A stretch of DNA of 64,000 nucleotides from Calditrichia bacterium (lineage in GTDB: Bacteria > Calditrichota > Calditrichia > JAJRVZ01), in assembly GCA_963796965.1 (NCBI GenBank), contig CAWCNS010000005.1, positions 1 through 64,000 of the forward strand, given 5' to 3'. Below, piece by piece: positions 12,787-24,657 of the stretch. The first letter of the stretch is position 1. Each line of letters opens with the position of its first letter. Made by a program: the position numbers and the translations under genes. Under the pieces are notes generated by a model, which worked only from the letters and a program-made list of their open reading frames with translations, was not told the origin of the DNA and did no database searches.

Positions 12787-15004
12787 ATGAACAGATTTAT
12801 TTACTCAATCGTATTGGTTTTAATTTCTTCTATATTTTCATTAGCAACAATCATAAATGTTCCGGCAGATTCTGCTACAATTCAAGGCGGCATAAATTTG
12901 GCTATTGATAGTGATACCGTTCTGGTGCAACCGGGAATATATGTAGAAAACATCAACTTCAACGGTAAGAATATTGTTGTGGGAAGTCTCACATTAACTA
13001 CCGATGATACTTCCTACATTTCTCAAACTGTGATTGACGGGAGTGGTATGCTCGGCAGAAGGTGTGTGACATTTGAAAATGGAGAAGATTCGACAGCAGT
13101 TTTATGTGGATTTACATTAGCCAATGTAAATGAAGGTGGGCATGGTGCTGGAATATACTTAAATAACTCAAGTCCAAGGTTATCATTTTTAATGATAAAA
13201 AATAATATTGCTGGTTGGGACCATGAACTTGGAGGCAGATCTGGTGGAGGTATTTATTGTGAAAATTCTATTTCAGTAATTACTAATGTGATAGTACAGA
13301 ATAATGTTAGTCAGAAAGGTGGTGGAATTTTTTGCCTGAATTCTGATATTGTTTTAGACAATGTTGTAGTTAGTGGTAATAAGAGCTAGTATTGGACATG
13401 GGGATTTTAGATCTGGAGGTGGAATTGAATTTCACAATTCCAATGCCACATTGGTAAATGTAGTTGTGAGTAATAATCTAACAACTTCAAGTGGAGGTGG
13501 AATTTATTGTGATGATTCGAATCTAAGTTTTTCAAATGTGACTATCGTTAGAAATACTGCTGCTGGTGGAGGAGGGATTTGTTTTAGGGGTAACTCACAA
13601 ATAATTTATGATCCTTTTCATCGCAGCAATATTTACTTTAATAACGGAAGAAAAAAGGGTTGTGACCTTTTTGCCATTGACACGACAACTAATATAACAG
13701 TAGTTTTGGATACATTTACTGTCATGACTCCAACTGATTATTATGCTTATCCATTGCATAATTTTACGTTTGATATACTGCATGCCAAAGTCGAACCGGT
13801 TTACAGTAATCTTTATGTAAATCCCAATGGAGATAACAATAACAGCGGTATATCTCCTGCCGAAGCTTTGAAAACTATAGATTTTGCTCTTAGGAAAATT
13901 CTGGCAGATAGTCTAAATCCGCACATAATATATCTTGCCAATGGTATATATAGCCCTTTAACAACGGACGAAAAATTTCCACTCCGCATGCGTGATTATA
14001 TTTCCCTGTACGGCGAATCGAAAACTGGCGTAATTCTTGATGCTAACAGTCAAAGCCAGGTTTTAGAACTTTGGAATGATCGTGGAGTAAATATTGAATC
14101 TTTAACTATTACCGGCGGAGGAGGTTCGTATGGAGGAGGCGGGATAAGTTGTTCAAGTTCCAATCCGATTTTTTCTAATATGATAATAACCGGGAATAAG
14201 GCTGATGGTGGCGGTGGCGGAATTTTCTTCTACAATGACCATGCAATTCTTTCAAATGTTATTATTTGCAATAATTATGCGAGATTCGGAGGAGGAGTCT
14301 GGTGTAGACATTCTGCTCCAATTTTATTAAATGTGTCTATCTGCGATAATAGTGCTATTTCTGAAGGAGGTGGATTATACTGTGATATCTCTTCGAAGCC
14401 GAGTTTAGTAAATTCAATTATCTGGTACAATCTACTGGGAAGTATACATACTGATATTGGTGATACTGTTGATGCCTTTTATTCTGATATACAGGGCGGC
14501 TGGCCGGGAGTTGGAAATATTGAGGCTAATCCCATGTTTGTAGATACTTCTCTGAGTGATTACAGGCTGTTGGAAGGTTCTCCCTGTATTGATAAAGGTG
14601 TTCAAGATACTATGATCGTTTACAATAATGGTCAGGATACGCTAATCGTTCCGGCGATGACTTTTATGGGCTCTGCTCCAGATATGGGTGCCTATGAGTT
14701 TGATCCGGCGACAAGAATAACATCACAACCAAATGTACCATTAAGATACTCACTAGACCAAAACTACCCCAATCCTTTCAATCTTACAACAGTAATCAGT
14801 TACCAGTTACCAGTAAATAGTAAGGTGGACTTGTCCATCTACAATCTTCTAGGGCAGAAGGTGGCTACGCTGGTTAATAAAAAACAACCGACAGGCGGCT
14901 ATCAAGTTGAATGGGATGCAATAAATTTATCAACAGGCGTATACTATTACAAACTTCAAACAGGGGAATTCCAACAGGTGAAAAAGATGATCCTGATGAA
15001 GTGA
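12787..15004 (+). CDS. Right-handed beta-helix (GGAI/GGGI repeat) secreted protein with sorting tail; one frameshift
   Basis: ORFs 12787-13389 and 13373-15004; TIQ.GI start motif, GGGIYC repeats, [20 protein letters not shown]. Confidence 0.8.
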
Positions 15005-15064
15005 CCTTTAATTAATATTTATATAATTATTGACCAAAAAATATAATTGTCTGAGAGGGGAATA

Positions 15065-16592
15065 ATGATGAAAACTATTCTAAGTATGTCTACTCTTATT
15101 ACCTTACTGATATCATTTGCTGTTTATGCTCAGTCACCAAATCAGTCACAAGGTTTTCTTGAACACAACGAAGTCTTTAACAAATATCGAATAGTCTAAT
15201 TCTCCCACTGTTTACGATTCAACATCACTTGATTCGTTTATAGTTGCAAAAATGGAGCAATATCATTTTCCTGGACTTCTGCTTGTATAATCAAAGATGA
15301 ACGAATAATATGGAAAGGTGTATATGGATATGCGAATATTGAACGAAATAAATTGGTCACTGATTCAACATTGTTCTGTCATTGCATCAATTTCAAAAAC
15401 AATTACAGCGACAGCTGTCATGCAACTTTGGGAACAGGGATTGTTTGAACTGGATGATGATGTGAATGATTATCTTCCTTTCAATGTCCGTAATCCAAAT
15501 CATCCGGATGTTCCCATTACTTTTAGGATGTTACTTACCCATACCTCAAGTATAAATGGTTGGACAATATAACATAGCTTATAATCAGGATAATCCAATC
15601 CCTTTAGGATATTACATGGAAAACTATTTGATACCAGGTGGGTAATATTATGATAGTAGAGACTGGAATACATGGATTCCCGGAACACAAATATGATTAC
15701 AGTGACGAATCGGCTGCATTACTGGGTTATTTGGTTGAAGCGATAACAAACATGTCATTTGAAAAATATTGCCAGAATTCTATTTTTGTGCCTCTGGGGA
15801 TGCATGAAACTTCCTGGTTTTTAGCCAATCTGGATAAGAAACATATTGCCATACCTTATGACATATAATAGTGGAAATTATTATCACGATGGACATCGGG
15901 GTTGGCTGCCTATCCTGCTACTCAACTAAGGACAAGTTTAGCTCAACTTGCTCGTTTTTTAACAGCGTATATGCAAGACGGTCAAATCGATGATGTAAGA
16001 ATATTAAATAGTGCTACAATAGACTCAATAACGAAATTCATAATCCGGCAATTCATACATCTCAAGGTCTAATATGGTTTATGTCGGAACAAAACATTCC
16101 TGATGTAGGGGAGAGAATCATTATGTTGTCATGCGGGTGGGGGGATGGGATTAGGGCAATTCATTGGATATATTATCTGAACAGGAGAAAATATTGGTGC
16201 CATTGTTCTTGCCAATCAGGGCAGTGATATTAGTGCGCATGTTGGACCAGTGGATAATTGCGCTTGAACTTTTATCATATGGAATAATTAAAACAACAGA
16301 TATTGAAAAAGAAATAACCAATTTCCCAAAAAACTTTTACCTGAGCCAAAACTACCCCAACCCTTTCAATCCGAAAACAATGATCAGTTATCAATTACCA
16401 ATGACCGGTGAGGTAGAGCTTTCCATCTACAATCTTCTGGGGCAAAAAGTGGCCACGCTGGTCAACAAAAACCAACCGACAGGGATATATAATGTTGAAT
16501 GGGATGCGACAAATTTATCAACAGGCGTATACTACTACAAACTTCAAACAGGGGAATTCCAACAGGTGAAAAAGATGATCCTGATGAAGTAA
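15065..16592 (+). CDS. Serine hydrolase (class C beta-lactamase-like family) with sorting tail; multiply frameshifted
   Basis: IASISKT (SxxK), [24 protein letters not shown] fragments; tail in 16164-16592. Confidence 0.75.
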
Positions 16593-16601
16593 ACCTGACT
16601 A

Positions 16602-16661
16602 ATTGCCTACCGAAATGGTAAAATTAAAGGTGTGAAATTCAAGGATGTCTTTGGAGATTAA
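16602..16661 (+). pseudogene. 3' remnant of an addiction-module antitoxin gene
   Basis: Translates IAYRNGKIKGVKFKDVFGD* immediately before a ParE-like gene; no 5' part. Confidence 0.45.
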
Positions 16662-16668
16662 TATCAAT

Positions 16669-16962
16669 ATGGATGTTATTTTTAATGAGTTGGCTGTTCG
16701 GGAAATGAATGATGCTATCGCTTATTACGAATTACAATTTTCTGGTTTAGGTGCAGGCTTAAGGAAGAAATAAAGAACTCCATAGCCAGAAATCAAGTAT
16801 ACGAAGGCATGGCCCAAGGTTGATGAAGATATCAGAAAATATAACCTGCACAAATACCCATATAATGTCTATTATTCTTATGAAAAGAATCATATTTATG
16901 TAATTGCCATTGCCCACCAACATAGAAAACCAAATTATTGGATTGATAGAATGGAGGAGTGA
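16669..16962 (+). CDS. RelE/ParE-family toxin; frameshifted
   Basis: MDVIFNELAVREMNDAIAYYELQFSGLG...KYPYNVYY...IAIAHQHRKPNYWIDR read by hand across frames. Confidence 0.75.
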
Positions 16963-16983
16963 AGTTATTTAATACCTTTATAA

Positions 16984-17060
16984 TTCGAGTCCGGCCGTAG
17001 CAAAGCGAAGGTCCCGTTCAACGGCCGAGGGCCCCGTTATACGGGTAGATCCCCGGTACA
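16984..17060 (+). pseudogene. Second tRNA-Leu 3' fragment (from T-loop) interrupted by palindromes
   Basis: TTCGAGTCCGG...GCCCCGTTATACGGGTAGATCCCCGGTACA; last 30 bp identical to 1861-1890. Confidence 0.7.
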
Positions 17061-17086
17061 AAAATCCGCCGAAAGGCGGATTTTTT
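17061..17086 (+). terminator. Intrinsic terminator
   Basis: AAAATCCGCC GAAA GGCGGATTTTTT. Confidence 0.8.
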
Positions 17087-17211
17087 AATTCCAAATCCCA
17101 ATCACCAAATCCCAAATAAATCCAAATTCTCAATAACCAAACTCCAAATAATTTTGAAATTTGGGATATTGGATATTGTTTGTAATTTGGTATTTGGTTC
17201 TTGGGATTTGT
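17087..17211. repeat. Inverted pair of degenerate ~7-nt tandem repeat tracts (CCAAAT.../ATTTGG...)
   Basis: C/A-rich arm followed by complementary G/T-rich arm; similar tracts at 25846-25980 and 55908-55995. Confidence 0.65.
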
Positions 17212-17262
17212 ACTATTCACGATGTGGCAATAGTTCTGACTTATTCTTACATACAGTTAATT

Positions 17263-18144
17263 CTAGTGAATACGCCCACAACATTTCTTGAACTTTATAC
17301 CACTATTACATGGACATGGGCTATTTCTGGATATTTTTTTTAACGGCTTTGTTAATTTTTTTGATCTCATTTCTTGCTTGAAAATTTCCTCAAGTAGCGC
17401 ATATAATTGAGGATGTTTTTTAGCGAGTAACTTTGGGCGTTCAAAAAAATATTCACTCACAACAGAAAAGAACTCCGCATTATTTGTGCCACCGTAAGGA
17501 TTAATATCTGATTTATTATTATAAATTTCGTCAATTTTTTTATTGATCAAATCTATCCACGGTATTGTATATTGTTTTTCTAATAATAATTCCGGAATAC
17601 CGTCAATCGTCCCATCTGTTTTATCAATCAAGTGTACAAACTCATGAATTGCCGTGTTCTTTTTATCGGATTCATTTGCAAAGCCAAGTTTTAATGCATG
17701 CTTAGAAAGAATCATCATTCCATCCATATAACCAGTTCCTACCATTCCAGCAATTCGTCTGCCTGTACCTTCTGTTTCAAAGTCTTCATTGAATAGTGAC
17801 GGATACAATAAAACCTCGTGTAGGTTTGTATATCTCCACTCACTAAAATTCAATATTGGAATTACAGCACTGGATGCTACAAGGAGTTTATCTGTTATAT
17901 CAACCTGGGTTTTAATTCCGGTGATTCTACAATTTAAAAGAAATTCTTGAACCTTATATTCAAATAAACTTTTCTCATCATTGGATAAAGAATTATAGTA
18001 GGCGACGTTTTTAATCAGAATAGTTCTCCATTCAGTTGAAAATGGGTCACTCGGTTCAATCCATCCAAACTTATTCTGAAAAATATTTCTGAATAAAAAG
18101 AATCCTACAATAGCTATTAAGAGAATGATGTATATGGGATCCAT
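17263..18144 (-). CDS. Zinc-dependent peptidase M90 (MtfA-like) with C-terminal SEC-C motif
   Basis: HEFVH, YGGTNNAEFFSVVSEYFFERP, RNSPCPCNSGIKFKKCCG. Confidence 0.88.
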   Translation of the reverse strand: MDPIYIILLIAIVGFFLFRNIFQNKFGWIEPSDPFSTEWRTILIKNVAYYNSLSNDEKSLFEYKVQEFLLNCRITGIKTQVDITDKLLVASSAVIPILNFSEWRYTNLHEVLLYPSLFNEDFETEGTGRRIAGMVGTGYMDGMMILSKHALKLGFANESDKKNTAIHEFVHLIDKTDGTIDGIPELLLEKQYTIPWIDLINKKIDEIYNNKSDINPYGGTNNAEFFSVVSEYFFERPKLLAKKHPQLYALLEEIFKQEMRSKKLTKPLKKISRNSPCPCNSGIKFKKCCGRIH

Positions 18145-18262
18145 ACGGATGATCCTTAATTTTTACTTGCAATTAAAGTTTACGGTTTCGTATGATTGTA
18201 TTAATATTTTCTTTTAAGCGTACTAAGAATGATTCATTTACCTAAATCTGATCTATTCATGA

Positions 18263-18421
18263 ACCACAGAGGCCACAGAGGCGATAGTGATTAACAATTT
18301 AGGCATATTATTATAATTATCTACAGAAAATATTATTAACTATTCTATTAAGAAATTGCAGTAATTCAGCCCTTAAAATTTGATATTAAATGAACTATAT
18401 GCCCTCTGTGTACTCTGTGGT
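18263..18421. repeat. Miniature inverted-repeat element (CACAGAG arms)
   Basis: ACCACAGAGGCCACAGAGG ... CCTCTGTGTACTCTGTGGT. Confidence 0.65.
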
Positions 18422-18596
18422 GAATTATTCAGGCTAAATAAACTTTTGATTCAATATATTCAAAATCAAGTTTAATGGGAAGATCATAAAATAATGAAAA
18501 ATCACCTCCTAACAAAATTGGTTTTTGATATGACCAATCTAAATCAAATCAACAAACCGTTTCAAAATTTGCTCTGTCCCTCCTGTTTAATTCTTT

Positions 18597-18779
18597 TTTT
18601 AACACAAAGAACACTAAGAAGGCACAAAGGACACAAAGATAAATTTTAGGTTCTTTTGATCTTACTTATTCTAAATTTTATCTTATCGCCACAGATCTCT
18701 TCAAACGGAAACTCCTAATATTCAAAATAGTCTTTACTTTGTGTTCTTTGTGCCTACTTTGAGAACTTTGTGGTTAAAA
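18597..18779. repeat. Miniature inverted-repeat element (CACAAAG arms)
   Basis: AACACAAAGAACACTAAGAAGGCACAAAGGACACAAAG ... CTTTGTGTTCTTTGTGCC...CTTTGTGGTT; lone right arm also at 24611-24654. Confidence 0.7.
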
Positions 18780-19104
18780 GCGGCTAGGACGATAAGCGAT
18801 AATGATTCGTTTCTGCACACTCATCGATTTTGCAGGCGATTTTACTGTAAGTGATGCTTAGCCAGTTACCGTAATAGTCTGCAAGGATAGGGACTTGATA
18901 GCCCGGAATGGCTACCCGTGTAGAGGTTCTCAGTAGCCCTTTACAAGTTTCCTGATTAAGGCAATATTTTAAATGTAATAAATGCATCAGAGCGAATTAG
19001 GGTGAGAGTTGGAGCACTTTTACTATTACATGTACAGTGCGTATTAATACGGATCCTGAGCAAGGATTAGGTGAGCCAGCGATGGCGAAGGCCATAATCG
19101 GCGA

Positions 19105-19310
19105 TGAATATAATTTAAATTCAGCGTGAAATATTATAATGTCCCAGCGCCCTAAGCACCAGGACTTGCTCTGGGTGTAAGCTTACATCCCTCATGAGAT
19201 ATTACTTACACTGGTGCTGAAATATTATTTACAGGCATTCAGAAATATTACTTACACCCGCTCTGACTCATTACTTACAGGCGTTCACCTCCCTGGCTTA
19301 TAAGAGGCTT
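19105..19310. repeat. 23-bp periodic array A (core TGAAATATTACTTACA + ~7 variable nt)
   Basis: TTA(C/T)A at 19183, 19206, 19229, 19252, 19275, 19298; degenerate units at 19105 and 19127. Confidence 0.75.
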
Positions 19311-19401
19311 GGGAAATCAGCACGGTTTAACATCATGCTGGATGGCCCGGCAGATATTACCGGGCCTTTAATCTCTCGTTTAGGTAAGGAGAAAATCTAT
19401 A

Positions 19402-19945
19402 ATGGCTATTCAATATTATTTAAGAGAGAACAACTTCCCTCCGAACGAAAAACGAAGATGTTGCCAACGACCGCTTCCAAATTTGGCTCAAAGAAGAATT
19501 CCCCAAATTAACATCGCAGGAAAAACAACTAAGTGACCTGCTCACCTTTTGGCTCAGCCAGACAGATACAGGCGATAGCCATCAAAACAAAGTGAAAGCG
19601 CATTGGAACGAATTCAAAGATTATTTTGATAATGTGCCTGCGGCTGATATGACCCGTGACATGATCAATGAATATTTTAGATACTGGAAGACTGAAAGAA
19701 CTATTAAAGGTGGTAAGATTGCTTCAGAAACCTATCGCAGTAATTTTTTCAGATCATTGCGATTAGTCTGGTTATTCGCACTTGAAAGACGGTATATCAT
19801 AAGGGATAATATATTCCAGGATATTAAAAAGTTAAAAACAACGGTCCGCAAAAAGTCGATGTCGTCAACCCAGCATGGGGATTTGTTAAACGCTGCCATC
19901 GAAAATACATTATACCATTATTTCATTCACTTCATGATATTAACC
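19402..19945 (+). pseudogene. Tyrosine recombinase/phage integrase N-terminal part, truncated by an IS
   Basis: Core-binding-domain-like sequence (DMTRDMINEYFRYW...FRSLRLVWLFALERRYI..NIF) stopping at FMILT, where the catalytic domain would begin. Confidence 0.6.
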
Positions 19946-20921
<976 letters not shown>

Positions 20922-20944
20922 TTATTAAGAAAGGATCTTAAATT

Positions 20945-22607
20945 ATGCAAATAAGTATCATAAAATCAGATGGTAACTATTCCTTCCAATATTTAAAATC
21001 AATTGTGGTTGTGGTGGTATTTAGTTTATTTTTAAATCTTTCTGTACAAGCTTCATCAGTTTATTACTCGGTAATGGATTATGACGCTAAAGGGGATGGG
21101 ATCGTACTTGACACAGAGGCCATTCAAAAGGCGATTAATGATGCCAACAAGAATGGCGGCGGAACGGTATTCATTCCGGCAGGTAAATATTTATCGGGTA
21201 CTATATTTTTTAAAAGCAATGTTAGTTTGTACCTTGATGCCGGCTCAGAATTGTTGGGGAGCACGAATCTTGATGATTATCCCGTCACCATTTGTGGATA
21301 TCGGTCTTATACAGATAACTATACCGAACGATCTTTGATCTATGCAGAAAAAGTTGAAAATATCTCCATTTTAGGAATGGGCACTGTAAATGGCCAGGGA
21401 GCAGCGTTTACGCATTTCCAAACAAAAGAAGATCCGGGATATAAACAACGGCCCTATATGTTACGGTTTATTGAATGTAAAAATATCACAGTCCGGGACA
21501 TTACTATTATTAATTCCCCGATGTGGGTACAGCACTACCTTGCCTGCGAAGACGTGGTGATAGATGGAATAACAGTAAACAGCTTTGTTGCCGGGAATAA
21601 CGATGGCATAGATATCGACAGTTGCGATAAAGTGCGGATATCGAATTGTAATATTGATAGTGGCGACGATAGTATTGTATTAAAGGCCACTTCTGATCGA
21701 CCTTGCAAAAATGTCACAATAACTAACTGTGTATTAAACTCTCATACAAATGCTTTTAAACTGGGTACCGAATCCAATGGTGGTTTTAAGAATATTACAT
21801 TCAACAATAGCATTATCCAGAATACCCAGTTAGCCGCTATTGCTCTTGAAATGGTGGATGGAGGGCATCTTGAGAGAGTGTCTGTAAATAATATAGCAAT
21901 AGAAAATTGCGGAACAGCTTATCTTTATCAGGCTTGGAAACCGGGCCAGACCCTTTCTTTCCAAGGGACCCGGAAGTTCAGAAGGCACATGGACATGGGA
22001 TAGCGAAGAAGAAATGGTCAGGCCAAAAGTGGGTTCACTAAGCAAATTATTGATAAACAACATTCAGGCAACAGGTATTGGCTCCATTGGTTGTTCGGTA
22101 ACAGGCATTCCTGGTCATATGGTAGAGGATATTACATTAAAAAATATTAGAATCAAATTTAATGGTGGAGGGAATGCTGATTTAGTGGATTATGATATTC
22201 CGGAAATGGAAATCGCATATCCTGAATATAACATGTTCGGATCTCTGCCATCCTATGGATTTTATGTACGGCACACAAATAACATAAGATTTGAAAATAT
22301 CGAAATGGAATATAAAAAAACAGATCAACGGCCTGCTTTTAAGTTTGAGGATGTGAGAAATCTGGATTTAGTGGATATCGATGGGCAAATTGAACTAACT
22401 ACCCCCGCTTTTGTGATTATGGATAGAGTTAGGGATGCCATGATTTCCGGTTGTCGCCCAACACAAAAGATGAAATATTTTATAGAAGCAAAAAATTCGT
22501 CAAATATAGGCATCATGAACAATGATTTTACTAAAATTACTGATATCGTTAAATTAGGGAGAGAAATGACCAAAGAGGATATCTTTATGTCATGTAATAT
22601 GGAGTAG
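20945..22607 (+). CDS. Glycoside hydrolase family 28 protein; frameshifted
   Basis: GDG...DTEAIQKAI, NNDGIDID, GDDSIVLK, KLGTES motifs. Confidence 0.88.
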
Positions 22608-22670
22608 AATTATTATAGATTGGATTATAAGACATAGTGTAGACTGCAATATTGCTTGAAAAAAAATTTG

Positions 22671-22761
22671 CCCTAACAATATCTTCACCTTGACGCCTTC
22701 AAGCGTGGTAAGCGAAATAATTTAGCAAAGGTCGGCACAAGTTAAGCTCATCCGGTTTAGC
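22671..22761 (+). mobile_element. Degenerate integron attC site
   Basis: CCCTAAC...TTCACCTTGACGCC...GGCACAAGTTAAG...GTTTAGC imperfect palindrome. Confidence 0.5.
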
Positions 22762-22781
22762 ATTCTATAAAGGATCACGCA

Positions 22782-23862
22782 ATGATAACAATTCAAGTAA
22801 GTGTTTCAAAAGGCTGGTTGCACAAAGAGAATAGCTTTAGCTTTCAAGACAATTACTATTTCGATCCTCTATTTAGATGGAATCAAGATAGGGCTGCTGA
22901 TCTTTTCGTCGCAAATAAATTCCCTAATTTGCCTATATACAACATGGAATCAAACCTTGTTCAGGCAGAATATTTTGATTCCAATCAGATTCTTATTGGT
23001 GGTATTCAACCAAATATGCTTCTTGGCATGGCAGTTGGGGCGAAATTAATTTGTTTTGACGATAAAGATCCGGATATTGACAGTAAACCATTTGAAAATT
23101 TCGATAGTGTTGATGATTTGCCTGATCCAGAATTAGTGTTAGAAAGTGAGATAATGCAGTCTGTTTAACTCACAGTTAGAGACAATTAAAAGAGACCGAC
23201 CTGACTTAAAACCGATCCCTCCATTTTTTTGGGATTCTTCCGGTAGGGCAACCATCCATGGATTGATTACAACCGCTCAAAAGTTGTATGGTGAAAAAAT
23301 TTTCATGATGATGTTGGATGATCCTAAGGGTTTTTCTGAAATACTGTCATGGATTACAGAGACCTATATTATTTTGCTCAAACATTACTCATCTCTTACA
23401 AATATTAGTATATCTTCAATTCATATTGGGGAATGCTCTGGATCGATGATAAGCGGTGATCAGTTTTCACGTACTATCACGCCATTTATTGACAAATTTG
23501 CTGAAGAGTTTAACTCTGTTCGTTTACATTCTTGTGGGCATTCAGACCATTTAATAGAGGGGCTCCTAAAGATAAAGAATCTTTCAATAATCGATACCGG
23601 TTCCGGGACATCCATTGCAAAAATTAGGTCTGCAATGGGAAACGATTTCGAGATAAACATAGCGCCACCTGTCGAATGTCTGGCTGGAACTTCTGTCAAA
23701 TCTAGAATTATCTCTTGGTTAGATAAAACTATTGAAGAGAATGCGGACGGTCCACTAAAGATAGAATTTCATATAGAGCCTGATTATTCAGTAGCAGGTT
23801 ATCTACAAATATTCGATTGTTTGAAGGAAAAGGGAATACCTATTAAGAGAATAAATAATTAA
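22782..23862 (+). CDS. Uroporphyrinogen decarboxylase (URO-D/MtaA-like) family protein; frameshifted
   Basis: YGEKIFMMMLDDP, HIGECSGSMIS, RLHSCG; ORFs 22782-23168 and 23263-23862. Confidence 0.7.
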
Positions 23863-23933
23863 TGTTACAAAGCGCTGCATCTGACCGCTATTCCGCTGTG
23901 CCCCATAGCGGCAGGTGATCTTGGTCGTTATTT
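23862..23933 (+). mobile_element. Integron attC site (R'' AAC altered to TAC)
   Basis: TTACAAAGCGCTGCATCTGACCGCTATTCCGCTGTGCCCCATAGCGGCAGGTGATCTTGGTCGTTAT, directly at the stop codon. Confidence 0.75.
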
Positions 23934-24657
23934 GCCCTATGAAAAGTACACGTCAATCAATAACAACACGATTTAACATTTTTTTTGCTATTCATTATGA
24001 GTAACTCAGTGCAGATAATACCAATTGCAAATTTGGTACTAGCCTTCTTCCATTCCGGTTTCAGTAATACCTGTACTTCACGCCTTTGACGCCTGCGCTT
24101 GTACACAATTTTATGCCAGCGGATGGTTATTTTTTTCACTAGTCAATGCTGTGCAGCATATATGAATAAGTGGCATTTGTCACCTAAAATATAAAGAAAA
24201 TCTTGTATACTACCATGGTTGCTGCTTGGTGTGTTACAAATCTCTTTGTATAATTAATATAATAGACTATATTAATTGTAAACTAACCAGAATTATCCGA
24301 TATTTTAATAAAAAATGTCCTTTTTTTGTATGTTAGGTCCTTTACCTCAGGATTTGGAATATGTTCTGGTCTGATAATTCATGGGAATCATAGCCACTGG
24401 TTCTGTATCGGCGATTTGGACAATGATGGTGATCATGAAATCATAAACGATTGTTACGGATGAAGCAAAAAAATACCTGCAATATGCCTTATATCATACG
24501 CTTGGCAAATTACCAGCAGACTATTTCAAATTTAGGCGCATCGGTTAGTAAAACTCTGTGACTATAAGATCCAATTTAGAATAAGCAAAATCTAAAACTC
24601 TAAATTTTTTCTTTGTGTGCTTTGTGCCTTCTTAGTGTTCTTTGTGTTTGAAAAGAA

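Noticed and set aside
7039..16592. Diversity-generating retroelement template/variable repeats among the similar 3' ends
   Set aside because: No reverse transcriptase present and differences between tails are not confined to adenines
18784..18812. dif/Xer site in the head motif
   Set aside because: Only one arm (..CGATAA) resembles a Xer arm; no TTATGTTAAAT-like partner
18784..18987. 67-aa minus-strand ORF and other short antisense or overlapping ORFs in the track
   Set aside because: No recognisable motifs; they overlap repeat elements or lie opposite well-supported genes
24350..24550. FG-GAP-like fragment (IGDLDNDGDHEII)
   Set aside because: Single motif among stops; too short to call
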